The translations under genes were made by a program, and so were the position numbers. Below the pieces are notes generated by a model. The model searched no databases. It was given only the letters and a program-made list of their open reading frames with translations, and was not told where the DNA came from. This document shows positions 8,685-20,590 of a stretch of DNA of 49,420 nt, piece after piece. Source of the stretch: Candidatus Zixiibacteriota bacterium (GTDB lineage Bacteria > Zixibacteria > MSB-5A5 > GN15 > FEB-12); NCBI GenBank assembly GCA_041742355.1, contig JBGSIV010000088.1, forward strand, positions 1 to 49,420, in the 5' to 3' direction. Every line of letters starts with the position of its first letter. Position 1 is the stretch's first letter.

Positions 8685-10022
8685 CTACCGCCGGGGAAAC
8701 GGCCCCCATACCGGGTTGGTCACATTCCCTGTGGCGGTCAACTTCCGCTGGTTCCGCCCCCCCGAGTCCATCGTATACAAATCGGTCCCGCCCCCGCGGC
8801 TCGAGGTGAAGATCACGTGCTTCCCATCCGGCGCGAAGTGCGGATTCTCGTTGGTCCCGATATTGGTCAGCATGTGGTACTCCATCCCGCGCACGTCAAC
8901 CGTGGCGATATTGAACCGGCCGTTGTCGTCGCGCGAGACGAAAAGGATGCGGTCGCCCTTCGGATTGTACCGTGGCGAGTCGTTGTACCGTCCGCGGTAG
9001 GTCAGGCGCTTCTCGTTGAGCCCGTCGTCGTCGGCCATGTACAGCTGCGGTTGGCCGGCCCGGTCCGATGAATACACGATCTGCTGACCGTCGGGTGACC
9101 AGGTCGGGCCCGACTCGATCGACCGTGGCCGCGCGAATCGGGTTATCTGGCGGCCGGTTATCTCCAGCACGTAGATGTCCGCATCCCCGTCTTTCGACAA
9201 CACGCAGGCCAGTTTCTGGCCATCGGGCGACACGGCCGGCGCGGCGTTGATCCCGGGGTAGCTCGCCACCTTGGCTATCGCCCCCCCTTCGACGGTTACT
9301 TTGTAGAGATCCGCCTTGCCGTCGCGGAACGACGTGAAGATGATCTCCTTGCCATCACGTGAGAAGGTCGGCGAAAGGCACACCGATCCCAGCTTCGTTA
9401 TCTGCCGCTCGTTGGCGCCGTCGTAGTCGGCGAGGAAGATCTCCTTCACCCCGGGCTTGAGCTGTTTGATATAGGCGATCTTTGTCCGGAATATCCCCTG
9501 GTCGCCGGTCAGCCAGTAGACGATTTCGTTGGATACGTCGTGCGCCATTTCCCGCCAGTAGTTCCGGTGGTACTCGACCTGTCCTTTGGAGATTTGCTGG
9601 TTGGTCTTCACGTCGAACAGCCGCCAGTAGATCCTGATATTGCTGCCGGGGAATTCGGCCTCCAGTTTCACCAGTCGTTGCGCCCCGAGGCGCTCCCACC
9701 CGAGGATGTCGAGCTCGGTGATCTCGTACACGCGGAGGAAGAACGTGTCGAGCGGGATCAGCTTGAAATCGGCGTAGAAGTCGATATCGTTCTGCACCAC
9801 CTTGGTGGCCCACTGCATCATCGCCGAATCATCGGCGGTGATATACTGGTTGCCGATATACTTCATCTGGTCGACCCCGACCGGCAGCGCCTCCACCGTG
9901 CGCGCCATGATCGTGTCGAACATGATGTCCCGAATCCTCTCCTCCGACTGCGCGAAACCGGCCGCCGGGAGCAGAAGCACCACGGTGGCCAGCAGAAGAA
10001 TCAATCGATGCATACTTGTCAT
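8685..10022 (-). CDS. tolB: Tol-Pal beta-propeller protein TolB
   Basis: Signal peptide; GIFRTKIAY, DYDGANERQIT, repeated PD40 motifs (PTFSRDG, PAVSPDG, PTWSPDG, PHFAPDG). Confidence 0.95.
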   Translation of the reverse strand: MTSMHRLILLLATVVLLLPAAGFAQSEERIRDIMFDTIMARTVEALPVGVDQMKYIGNQYITADDSAMMQWATKVVQNDIDFYADFKLIPLDTFFLRVYEITELDILGWERLGAQRLVKLEAEFPGSNIRIYWRLFDVKTNQQISKGQVEYHRNYWREMAHDVSNEIVYWLTGDQGIFRTKIAYIKQLKPGVKEIFLADYDGANERQITKLGSVCLSPTFSRDGKEIIFTSFRDGKADLYKVTVEGGAIAKVASYPGINAAPAVSPDGQKLACVLSKDGDADIYVLEITGRQITRFARPRSIESGPTWSPDGQQIVYSSDRAGQPQLYMADDDGLNEKRLTYRGRYNDSPRYNPKGDRILFVSRDDNGRFNIATVDVRGMEYHMLTNIGTNENPHFAPDGKHVIFTSSRGGGTDLYTMDSGGRNQRKLTATGNVTNPVWGPFPRR

Positions 10023-10037
10023 ACCCTCGTTCGCATC

Positions 10038-10784
10038 CTACGGCGTGTACTTGAATGGAATGGAAATACCGATGATTTCGTCAACAAATTCTCTCGGCAG
10101 CGGCGGAAACGGCGTCGATTTGCTCACCGCTTCGAGACAGCAGTCGTCGAACTCCGGCACGCCCGAGGACTCCCGTACCTCCAGCTGAATCACCCGTCCC
10201 GAGCGGATCACCTGGAAGTACACGACGCACACGAGCGGTCCGGGATACTGGACTCTGTTATGGAAATTGACCCCGATTTTGTTGAAAGCCTGGGTGAACC
10301 AGTAGGGGTAGTCGAAATTGGCGTTGTCGATGGTCGCCCCGCCGAACGGCGATCCGGCGCCGACCGGGGCATTGACCTCGCCCTGTCCCCCGCCTCCCTG
10401 TGATTGCGACGGCTCGGAGTCTTCCTCTGATGCCCCCGATGACTCTTCGGCCTGTTTCGGCGTCTCTTCCGCCGGCTTGGCCGCCGGCTTCTTCTCCGTC
10501 TTCTTCTCGGTCTTCTTTGCCTGTGTCTCGATGGGCGTTTCTTTCGGTTTCGGCTTCGGCGTCTCTTTCACCTCGGGTGCTTTCTGCTGCGGCGGCTCGG
10601 CCACCGGGGCCGGCTGGACCGGCGTGGGCTGGAGTCCTGCTCCTTTGGGCATCGCCGCCAGGTTCACCCGAATCACCTCCTGGTGGGGAAAGGCATTCCG
10701 CTGCGCCAGCGGCATGGTTACCACTGTCGCCACCACCACCAGAACGTGCAGACTGACCGAAAAAATAATATCCCGCGAACCCAC
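10038..10784 (-). CDS. tolA: TolA/TonB-type energy transducer
   Basis: N-terminal TM with SxxxH, Pro/Lys/Glu-rich spacer, TonB_C-like end (ESSGVPEFDDCCLEAV...PFPPLP); located between tolR and tolB. Confidence 0.85.
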   Translation of the reverse strand: MGSRDIIFSVSLHVLVVVATVVTMPLAQRNAFPHQEVIRVNLAAMPKGAGLQPTPVQPAPVAEPPQQKAPEVKETPKPKPKETPIETQAKKTEKKTEKKPAAKPAEETPKQAEESSGASEEDSEPSQSQGGGGQGEVNAPVGAGSPFGGATIDNANFDYPYWFTQAFNKIGVNFHNRVQYPGPLVCVVYFQVIRSGRVIQLEVRESSGVPEFDDCCLEAVSKSTPFPPLPREFVDEIIGISIPFKYTP

Positions 10785-10796
10785 GGTCGCTGACTC

Positions 10797-11237
10797 CTAA
10801 CGTCTCTTTCTCGCTCCGGCCGCACCCTGCGGTGGAGCGGTCACCAGGCCGATCGACTCGATCCCCATGTCTTTCAGGCGGCTGATCACGTCGATCGCCA
10901 CCCCGTACGCCACCAACGAATCCCCCCGCAAATACACCGACCGCGTCCCCTTGGCCGCCATCTCGTCTTCGAGGCTTTTCTCGAAGTTCTCCAGGCGCGC
11001 CCAGACGTCGTTGATGTAAATGCCGCCCTTCTTGTCAATGGTTACAACGATCCCTTCCGCTTCTTCCTCAATAGCCGCCGCCCGGGTCTTCGGCAGGTCA
11101 ACTTCGATTCCGGACTGCAGCAGCGGGGCGGAAATCATGAAAATGATGAGGAGCACCAGGACCACGTCGACGAGGTTGGCGATATTGATGTCGGCCATCG
11201 CCCGGTATGGGGCGCGTTTCCGGCGGCTGTAAGTCAC
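10797..11237 (-). CDS. tolR: TolR/ExbD biopolymer transport protein
   Basis: DINIANLVDVVLVLLIIFMISAP, VDLPK, LRGDSLVAYG. Confidence 0.93.
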   Translation of the reverse strand: MTYSRRKRAPYRAMADINIANLVDVVLVLLIIFMISAPLLQSGIEVDLPKTRAAAIEEEAEGIVVTIDKKGGIYINDVWARLENFEKSLEDEMAAKGTRSVYLRGDSLVAYGVAIDVISRLKDMGIESIGLVTAPPQGAAGARKRR

Positions 11238-11941
11238 CGCGCCTCCCGTCGCACGCGGGCCATGAATTCGAGGGTGAAGTTTTGCGAGAACTCGCTGATA
11301 TACTTGAGCTTATTGTTGGCCCAGTTGTACGCGATCACGGCCGGAATGGCTGCCCCCAGGCCGACAATTGTCGCCAGGAGCGCCTCGGCGATACCCGGGG
11401 CCACTACCGCCAGCGAGGCCGAACCCCGTTCGCCGATCGACCAGAAAGCGTCCATAATACCGACCACCGTTCCGAGTAACCCCATGAACGGGGCGGAGTT
11501 AGCTGTCGTGGCGAGGAATATCACGCGGCGCTCGAGCTTTCCGATCTGCTCCGTCTGCGCCTTTTCCATCCCCATTGCGACAATCTCCAGGTCCTCCTGA
11601 TCCACCTTTCGCTTCACCTCGACCAAGCCGGCCGTGTCATTCTTGTCGCCGGCCAGGGCGGTCAGTTCGGTGTAGCCGGCCATGAAGATATGGCTTACCG
11701 GCGAGGCCGCATGCGACTTCGCCTGTCCGATCGCCTCCGAAAGGCTGCGCGCCCGCCGGAACGTTTTGATGAATTTTTCGTTCTCGTTTTCGACTGCTTT
11801 GAATTCACGCCACTTCGAGAAGATGATCGCCCACGACACCAGCGACATAAAAACCAGCACGGCGAGAATGATCACCCCAAACGTGGACGAGTTCTTCACG
11901 ATGGTCCAGACTGAGCCAACGGCAATTATTGATGTCTCCAT
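11234..11941 (-). CDS. tolQ: TolQ (MotA/TolQ/ExbB proton channel)
   Basis: FLATTANSAPFMGLLGTVVGIM, VAPGIAEALLATIVGLGAAIPAV. Confidence 0.95.
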   Translation of the reverse strand: METSIIAVGSVWTIVKNSSTFGVIILAVLVFMSLVSWAIIFSKWREFKAVENENEKFIKTFRRARSLSEAIGQAKSHAASPVSHIFMAGYTELTALAGDKNDTAGLVEVKRKVDQEDLEIVAMGMEKAQTEQIGKLERRVIFLATTANSAPFMGLLGTVVGIMDAFWSIGERGSASLAVVAPGIAEALLATIVGLGAAIPAVIAYNWANNKLKYISEFSQNFTLEFMARVRREAR

Positions 11942-12175
11942 AAACCCTTAAACACGCATGTGCCGTGAACGTTTTCCCGGAACAGAAGTTAAGCCCCGGT
12001 TCTCTGCAATTAGTTGCGTATTATATCCCGACAGGGATCCGTGGTCAACAAAAACACCCGAAATAAAAACTTGACTGCGTATATGTGTCATTGGATTTTC
12101 AAAAACAGGAGCAAGTGGGATCTGACAAGAGACGCTTAAGGATACGTAACCGCAAACTGTTCGGAGGAAAGAAAC

Positions 12176-12385
12176 ATGAGAACACTGCTCGTTAGCGCAC
12201 TCATGCTGATGCTCGCCCTGGCGATGATCGCCGGCTGCAGCCAGCAACAGGAAGAACCTGCTGACACCAATGGTCAGACCACCCCGCAGCAGGAACCGGC
12301 GCCGGTCTACCAGGACACCACTCCGGTTGACACGCTCGGCACCGACACCATGATGACCCCTGACACGGGTGCGACCGGCATGTAA
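12176..12385 (+). CDS. Small low-complexity lipoprotein
   Basis: GGAGG SD; signal ending IAGC; Thr/Pro/Asp-rich tail. Confidence 0.75.
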   Translation: MRTLLVSALMLMLALAMIAGCSQQQEEPADTNGQTTPQQEPAPVYQDTTPVDTLGTDTMMTPDTGATGM

Positions 12386-12609
12386 TTCGGACCTTTCGCT
12401 GCGGCCGATGTTCGTCATCGGACGCGCGGCGATCCGAACACTTCGCATTCAAACGTTATGTTGAATACGCGCAAAGCCTCCAGGATCTTTCCCGGGGGCT
12501 TTCGTTTCTCGGCCGGGGCGGTACCCATGAGCAACATCCGTCGACACCCCCCTCTCCGATCGAACCCGGACCGCCTCGTCGTTCCTCTGTCCGGCCAGAG
12601 GAGAACCGT

Positions 12610-12837
12610 ATGATTCGAAGAGCGCTGACCCTCGCGACGATCGCCGGCTTCATCCTGATCGCCGCCTTCGCCTGTCAGGGAGGCTCCGACCAGAACGACA
12701 GCGACCTTGACCGGGAGATTCCGCCCGAGACCAAGGGGGCGGAACTCATGGACAGCACCCGGCTCGATCCGGCCGAAACCGGCTCCGGACCATATGACAC
12801 CACTTTCCAAGACTCCGGTGAGGTGAACGAGCGATAG
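12610..12837 (+). CDS. Small acidic lipoprotein
   Basis: GAGGAG SD; signal ending AFAC; acidic disordered tail. Confidence 0.7.
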   Translation: MIRRALTLATIAGFILIAAFACQGGSDQNDSDLDREIPPETKGAELMDSTRLDPAETGSGPYDTTFQDSGEVNER

Positions 12838-12910
12838 TCGCACCCGCCGTCACAGGCCGCGGTCAAAATTGAAATCGCTGGTATCTTGAGTATCAGCGAG
12901 CCCAAAAGAA

Positions 12911-12938
12911 CGGCCCCTCGAAAGGATTCGGGGGGCCG
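12911..12938. terminator. GC-rich hairpin, possible terminator
   Basis: cggcccctcgaa-agga-ttcggggggccg. Confidence 0.45.
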
Positions 12939-12971
12939 TGACTGTTACGTGATCACAACTCACCAAAATGA

Positions 12972-15017
<2,046 letters not shown>

Positions 15018-15037
15018 CGAACCCATAGACTTGCCCT

Positions 15038-15874
15038 ATGGCATATCAAGAGGACACTTCGAACGAGCTCTTGTACCGGCGCTACCTGCGCCTGCTTGGC
15101 CTGCCGATCGAGAACCCCACACTACCTTACCTGACCGCCCTCACCGCCGCTCATCTCGATCGCATCCCCTTTGAGAACATTTCGAAACTCGTGTACCTCC
15201 GTCGCGAAGGATTTCGCGGCATCGTACCGCTCGAAGTGTATCTCGACGGCATCGAACGCTGCCATTTCGGCGGCACCTGCTACGCCAACGCCGGCCACTT
15301 CTCCGCCCTCCTGCGCTGGCTCGGGTTCGATGCCCGGCTGTGCGGCGCGGATATGGACAACCCGGATGTACATGCCGTGAATATCGTGGCTGTAGACGGC
15401 CGGGAGTACCTGATCGATGTCGGCTACGGCGCCCCCCTTTGGACACCGCTTCCCCTCGACGCGCAATCAGACATTGCGGTTGATTTTGCCGATGACCGCT
15501 ACTTGTTGCACCCGCGCCTGCGGGACGGCACCTGCCGCGTCGACCATTTACGCTACGGAGAAGTGATCCACGGCTATACCGCCAAATCCACTCCGCGCAC
15601 GATCGACTTCTTCGCTCCTGCCGTCACCGATTCGTTTCGTCCGGCCGCTCATTTCCTGAATACCGTATGCGTTGCCCGCTACTCAAGTCGCGAATCGGTG
15701 AGTATCCGCCCCCATCTCATGTTGCGACAGATCAACGGGGAGCTCATCCGCAAATCAATTCTCTCCCGAACCACTCTCGACGACCTGATCGAGCAGCACT
15801 TCAGCATCTCTCGCGCGCTGATCGCCGAGGCGCTCAATCCTGTCCCGTTCGATTACGCCCCCGCCTCCCCTTGA
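15038..15874 (+). CDS. Arylamine N-acetyltransferase family protein
   Basis: HLDRIPFENI, GGTCY (catalytic Cys), His in DVHAV, IDVGYG (Asp). Confidence 0.88.
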   Translation: MAYQEDTSNELLYRRYLRLLGLPIENPTLPYLTALTAAHLDRIPFENISKLVYLRREGFRGIVPLEVYLDGIERCHFGGTCYANAGHFSALLRWLGFDARLCGADMDNPDVHAVNIVAVDGREYLIDVGYGAPLWTPLPLDAQSDIAVDFADDRYLLHPRLRDGTCRVDHLRYGEVIHGYTAKSTPRTIDFFAPAVTDSFRPAAHFLNTVCVARYSSRESVSIRPHLMLRQINGELIRKSILSRTTLDDLIEQHFSISRALIAEALNPVPFDYAPASP

Positions 15875-15939
15875 CTCTTGCTCCTGCAAACACACAATCG
15901 GGCGCTGACGAACGAATAGCGTCGCCGGGGAGAAGAGAA

Positions 15940-15966
15940 GGCCCGTAACCGTAAAGGTCACGGGCC
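15940..15966. terminator. Hairpin between convergent genes
   Basis: ggcccgtaacc-gtaaa-ggtcacgggcc. Confidence 0.5.
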
Positions 15967-15998
15967 CCCGGGAACTTGCGTAAGCGAAGAGCAGAGTC

Positions 15999-18920
15999 TC
16001 AGCACGCGAGCGGAGGCGGTCCGGCCTTGAACAGGTAGTTTACCAGATAGGTTAGGTCGGAAACGATCGTCTTGCTGTCGTTATTTACGTCACCGTGCGC
16101 CGGGCAGCCGGGAACGGCCCCCCCTTTGAACAGGTAATTCACGAGGAATGTCAGATCGCTCACAATCACTTTGCCATCGAGGTTGACATCTCCTCGGATG
16201 ATGCAGCAGCAGGCATCTCCAACTCCATCGGTGTTGGTGTCGGTTTGGCTCGGGTTCGCAACCAACGGACAGTTGTCAACGCCACCGCAGACGCCATCCT
16301 GATCGAAATCGTTGGAGGCATCCGTCGGGCACGGATCGCCGCTGTCGCAGAGGCCGTCGACATCGACGTCAGGACCGTCGCTGCCAGGCAGGTTATCGGC
16401 CAGGGGACCGAGATCGTCCGTGCCCACAGTGCAGTCATCGCAACCGTCGCCATCGGAATCGATGCACGCGTTGGGATCGAGGGGATCGACATCGACAGCA
16501 TCAGCTACCCCGTCGTTATCATCGTCTGGATCCCCCGAGTCGCAGAGTCCGTCGAAATCGGTGTCGAGCCCGTCGTTGTCGGGAAGGTTGTCGGCGACCG
16601 GCCCGTAACCGTCTATTCCAACGGCGCAATCGTCGCAACCGTCCGCGTCGGCATCGACACACAGGTTGGGATTGAGCGGGCTCACATCCGCTCCATCCGC
16701 AATACCGTCGTTGTCGTCATCGGGGTCACAAGCATCGCCGGCGCCGTCAAGATCGGTGTCAAGTTGGGCAGTATTAGCCACGGCGGGACAGTTATCGAGA
16801 GGATCCGGCACGCCGTCGGCGTCGCCATCAGTGTAGTTCTCGGCATTGAGTTTGGTGACGAAGGCATCCTTGTTCGTGGCGTACGTTCCCTGGTATGGAT
16901 TGGTCAGCGGGTAATCGCCGGACTCGGTGACACCGGTCACATGTGCCGCGCCGAGTCCGTCCACCGCGATGCCGTAGCCGTAGTCGGCGCCAGTGCCGCC
17001 AAGGTAGGTGCTGTGACCAAGGCTGGAACCTGAGCTTTCCAGTTTGGTCACGAAGCAGTCGAAAGCCCCGCCGCCGTTCGTCAGCTGCCAGGGATTGAGC
17101 AGCGGGAAATTGGTGGAGTGGGTAGCGCCGGCGATGTACGCCGCCCCGGAACCATCGATCGCGACGGCATACCCGTAGTCAGCCAAACCGCCGCCGAGGT
17201 ATGTGCTATAGACCAGGCCGGCACCGGTGTTCAGGAATTCCGTGACAAAAGCGTCGTATCCACCCTGATTTGTGCTCTGATAGGCGCTCAGGGTCGGGAA
17301 GTTGAGCGACGCCGTGTACCCGGTCACATAGACCGCTCCGAGCGCGTCTATGGCGATGCCGCGACCGCGGTCGTCGTTACTCCCGCCCAGGTAGGTCGAG
17401 AATAGCAGGGCGTCGCCCAGTTGTTCGAGCTTGGAGACGAACGCATCCGCGCTTCCGGCGTTGTTGACCTGCCATGGGTTGAACGTCTCGAAATCGGGAG
17501 ATTCGGTGTATCCGGTGACATAGGCCTGCTCGGCAGCGTCGACCGCGATGTCATACCCCTGGTCCGATGCTGCCCCGCCCAGATACGTGCTGTAGTTCAA
17601 AGCGTTGCCGGCCGCTGAAAGCTTGGTCACGAAAGCATCCCACTGACCGTTGTTCTGCCCCTGATAGGGGTCGAGAGTCGGGAAATCAGTGGAAATGGTG
17701 TAGCCGACAATGTACGCCGCCCCGGCGGCATCCAGAGCGATTCCGCGCCCGCAGTCCTCAAGCGTACCGCCGAGGTACGTGCAGTACACTAGACTGCCTC
17801 CGTCGTTGGAGAGCTTCGCGATAAACGCGTCGGCGCTGTTATTGAGCGCGCCCTGATACGCATTCACTGTGGGAAACGTCAATGAGGAGGTCTGGCCGGT
17901 CACATACATTGCCCCGGTCGGATCGACCGCGACATCCCACCCGATGTCGTCCAGCTCGCCGCCGATGTACGTGCTGTAGAGCAGCGTCGTGCCGTCGCTG
18001 GAGAGTTTCGAGAGGAAGACATCGAAGAAGCTCGATATGGTCCCCTGGTAGGCATTGACTGTGGGGAAATCACTCGAAGAGGTCTGTCCGGTGATATAGG
18101 CATCGCCAAACTCGTCGACAAAGATGCCGTATCCCATTTCCGTGCCACTTCCACCGAGGTAGGTGCTGTAGTCAAGAACCGGATCGATCACCACCGGCAG
18201 TCTCGGATCATACTCGCCGCCGAGTCTGAACCCGAAGGTGAATGCATCGACCAGCACGTATTCGGATGACACCGGTCGACGCTCTCCTCCGAGTTCGTGG
18301 TACGCTACAGGCGCGAGTTCCCTCATCTCCCCCCAGGCCGAGCGAATCACCAGCGAACCGTCGTCGGCAAGGGCGAGTCCTTCGATCCCGTCAAACTGAA
18401 TCCTCACCTGCGTGTAGTCGCCTCCCGGCTTGACCATCAGATCGTATTCCATCCGGCGGCCGTTACCGTAGTACGTGACGTCCACGCCGGGGTAGATTTC
18501 GGGGACGACGATCGCATCGTAGCTCGGGACAGCGGTTCTCCATTTCGCCGGGTTGCTGCCGATGAAGTAGTTGCTCCGGTAGTCGGTCAGTCTGCGACCG
18601 ATAGCGGCGGAATTCTGAGCGGCGCCGACAAACGACGCACTGAGGACCATGGCCTCGGAGCGTCCTGATATCTGGTCGGCACACCGGGTGAACTGGTAGA
18701 AGACACCCTCGGTGGTGATCCACATGGCGGCGCTCCCGGCGTCCGCCCGAAACAGGGTCCGGTGATCCCATTGCCCCACGTTTGGGGTGAATGCCAGCGG
18801 TCTGGACGTGAGATTCTGGGCGACCCACGCCTGGTCGACACTTTGGTTCGCCAGCGCGGCCGAACCGAGTGCAATGTGCCCGCACAGCACGATCGCACCG
18901 ATCGTGAACAGCTTCTTCAT
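15999..18920 (-). CDS. Secreted SBBP beta-propeller repeat protein with thrombospondin type-3 Ca-binding repeats and a C-terminal dockerin-like domain
   Basis: Signal peptide; LAFTPNVGQW...VIDPVLDYSTYLGG; about 7 YSTYLGG/DAFVTKL repeats; DNCP/DxDxDG repeats; CCCIIRGDVNLDGKVIVSDLTFLVNYLF duplicated motif; GGAGG SD before ATG 18920. Confidence 0.9.
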   Translation of the reverse strand: MKKLFTIGAIVLCGHIALGSAALANQSVDQAWVAQNLTSRPLAFTPNVGQWDHRTLFRADAGSAAMWITTEGVFYQFTRCADQISGRSEAMVLSASFVGAAQNSAAIGRRLTDYRSNYFIGSNPAKWRTAVPSYDAIVVPEIYPGVDVTYYGNGRRMEYDLMVKPGGDYTQVRIQFDGIEGLALADDGSLVIRSAWGEMRELAPVAYHELGGERRPVSSEYVLVDAFTFGFRLGGEYDPRLPVVIDPVLDYSTYLGGSGTEMGYGIFVDEFGDAYITGQTSSSDFPTVNAYQGTISSFFDVFLSKLSSDGTTLLYSTYIGGELDDIGWDVAVDPTGAMYVTGQTSSLTFPTVNAYQGALNNSADAFIAKLSNDGGSLVYCTYLGGTLEDCGRGIALDAAGAAYIVGYTISTDFPTLDPYQGQNNGQWDAFVTKLSAAGNALNYSTYLGGAASDQGYDIAVDAAEQAYVTGYTESPDFETFNPWQVNNAGSADAFVSKLEQLGDALLFSTYLGGSNDDRGRGIAIDALGAVYVTGYTASLNFPTLSAYQSTNQGGYDAFVTEFLNTGAGLVYSTYLGGGLADYGYAVAIDGSGAAYIAGATHSTNFPLLNPWQLTNGGGAFDCFVTKLESSGSSLGHSTYLGGTGADYGYGIAVDGLGAAHVTGVTESGDYPLTNPYQGTYATNKDAFVTKLNAENYTDGDADGVPDPLDNCPAVANTAQLDTDLDGAGDACDPDDDNDGIADGADVSPLNPNLCVDADADGCDDCAVGIDGYGPVADNLPDNDGLDTDFDGLCDSGDPDDDNDGVADAVDVDPLDPNACIDSDGDGCDDCTVGTDDLGPLADNLPGSDGPDVDVDGLCDSGDPCPTDASNDFDQDGVCGGVDNCPLVANPSQTDTNTDGVGDACCCIIRGDVNLDGKVIVSDLTFLVNYLFKGGAVPGCPAHGDVNNDSKTIVSDLTYLVNYLFKAGPPPLAC

Positions 18921-19350
18921 GTAAGATGCCTCCGGTCTCAGCGGTATAAAACTCATATGTGAACATTGCTGTTGTTTCGGCTCAAACACTGGGCACAAAT
19001 CGGTCGACCCCCCGCTGCCGGTCGGAGCATGACGTCATCACGCGCCAGGCTTCCTGGGAGCGCCGAATAGAACTGATCGGGCGTATCGGTGATAGTGACC
19101 GCTCGGCTGATCAGCGATGTCTACACGCAGATCTATCCCGCAAAGAGCAGGGCGGGATGAGAACAAGTGCTTCACGCTTCATGACAACCTCTTGTCCTCG
19201 CCTTGACGGTCAGCACGATGTAGGATCTTATGCTGACAACTCTACGATACGCAAGAAGGGCAATTTAGTCAAGTATTCACCTGCGAAAGAACCGTCTCAA
19301 AGCTCACTTCTTCGGAAGTCTGCCCTGAGGACCATATCCCGGCATTCTCC

Positions 19351-20346
19351 TTACCTCGCATCCGCTGCGGCGGCGCGAAGGTCCTCCATGAACAACTCCG
19401 GATCCACCCCGTGCATACGGCACGCCAGGTCGATCGACTCAAACGACTGCCCCGGACAATCGATACACCCGTCCCCGAAATACTTCGTGAAGACCCCGTT
19501 GGTGTGCGGGTACTGCTCGAGCACCGTCCCGATCAACGTCTCGCCATTGATGTCCACTACCACCGCCGTCACCGCTTCCGCCGCCACCGCCTCCGACGCA
19601 ACCGCTTCCGCCGCCACCGCCGATTTCACCGCCGTCCCTCCCACCGCGCTGAGTTCGGCCTTCACCGCCGCGATCAGCGCGGCTTCATCGAGCCCGTGAT
19701 TGGCCGCCGCCATGCCGATTGTCACTCCGACTTTCCGCACTTTGTCAATATGCCCCGGCACTGCGAGCATCTTGAGCCCCTGCTCCACCAGCACTTCCCG
19801 GATCGAGGGCGCGCGGTCAACCAGGTCGGAGATCTTCGTCTCGCTGTCCACTGTCGGCTCAGCGACAACCGGGGCCACGGGAACTGCAGTCGCAACTGCC
19901 GGACGTACAGTCGCAGCTGCCGGACGCACAGTCGCAACGGTCGGTTGCGGCTTCGCCGCCAGTGTCACCCAGATGTTCACTATGAACATGAACAGCGACA
20001 CCGCCTGGAGCGAGGCACAGACGATAAACAGCACGTTCCAGAGATCGCCGCCGGAGGTTGAATAAAGGCCTCGAAGGACCACCATGCCGACCAGGCTGAC
20101 ATTCCCCAGCCAGAAATGCACCGGCACCCAGCTCGGCCAGCGGAGATCCGCGCCGTTGAATCGCGGCAGGATGAAGTAGCCGATCCCGAACACGATCATC
20201 GCCATGAAGCCGAGCAGGTTGAAATGGGTGTGCGCGAACGTGGCGGCGTAGCCGAGATTGCCGATCCCGTCGGCCATGCCGATCACCGCGGCCAGGCCGA
20301 GGTAGAACAGGGATGCATACACGAACCGTTTCATATAGGGGGACAT
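19351..20346 (-). CDS. Membrane protein (cbb3-CcoN/NnrS-like 4-TM module) fused to two DUF1858/ScdA-N-like domains
   Basis: AHTHFNLLGF...GIGYFILPRF; soluble repeats VDSETKISDLV...HGLD and INGETLIGTVLEQYP...CIDCPGQSFESIDLACRMHGVD; AAGGAG SD. Confidence 0.7.
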   Translation of the reverse strand: MSPYMKRFVYASLFYLGLAAVIGMADGIGNLGYAATFAHTHFNLLGFMAMIVFGIGYFILPRFNGADLRWPSWVPVHFWLGNVSLVGMVVLRGLYSTSGGDLWNVLFIVCASLQAVSLFMFIVNIWVTLAAKPQPTVATVRPAAATVRPAVATAVPVAPVVAEPTVDSETKISDLVDRAPSIREVLVEQGLKMLAVPGHIDKVRKVGVTIGMAAANHGLDEAALIAAVKAELSAVGGTAVKSAVAAEAVASEAVAAEAVTAVVVDINGETLIGTVLEQYPHTNGVFTKYFGDGCIDCPGQSFESIDLACRMHGVDPELFMEDLRAAAADAR

Positions 20347-20412
20347 GGGGTCTCCTTGCTGTCAGTATTGCGTTTCCTGAGAGTAGTATCGATGGGTGGG
20401 TCATCCTGCACC

Positions 20413-20426
20413 TTGACTCAGGTCAA
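20413..20426. promoter_or_regulatory. CRP/FNR-family operator TTGAC-N4-GTCAA
   Basis: Perfect palindrome centred ~33 nt upstream of a TACTAC -10-like box on the minus strand (class II geometry for the 20346 gene). Confidence 0.65.
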
Positions 20427-20497
20427 GCGGCGGGGGGGTTCATCGGGTCTGTGCTGCTGACAGGCTTGTCCCCGTGTCCGCCCAGCCCTGTAAACAC

Positions 20498-20526
20498 TTG
20501 ACAAGTCTGGCGGTGGATCATAGACT
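20498..20526 (+). promoter_or_regulatory. Sigma70-type promoter TTGACA-N17-TAGACT
   Basis: Near-consensus boxes 64 nt upstream of ATG 20591. Confidence 0.7.
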
Positions 20527-20590
20527 TCATCATTGGCTGGCAAGACGTCCCTCCAGCCGGAGACGAACAATTCAAGCAGGGCAGTACATC

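Noticed and set aside
18959..19340. Possible small gene or pseudogene upstream of the SBBP gene (MKREALVLI..., minus strand from ~19182)
   Set aside because: It closes after about 23 codons and has no recognisable homology, so it is too weak to call.
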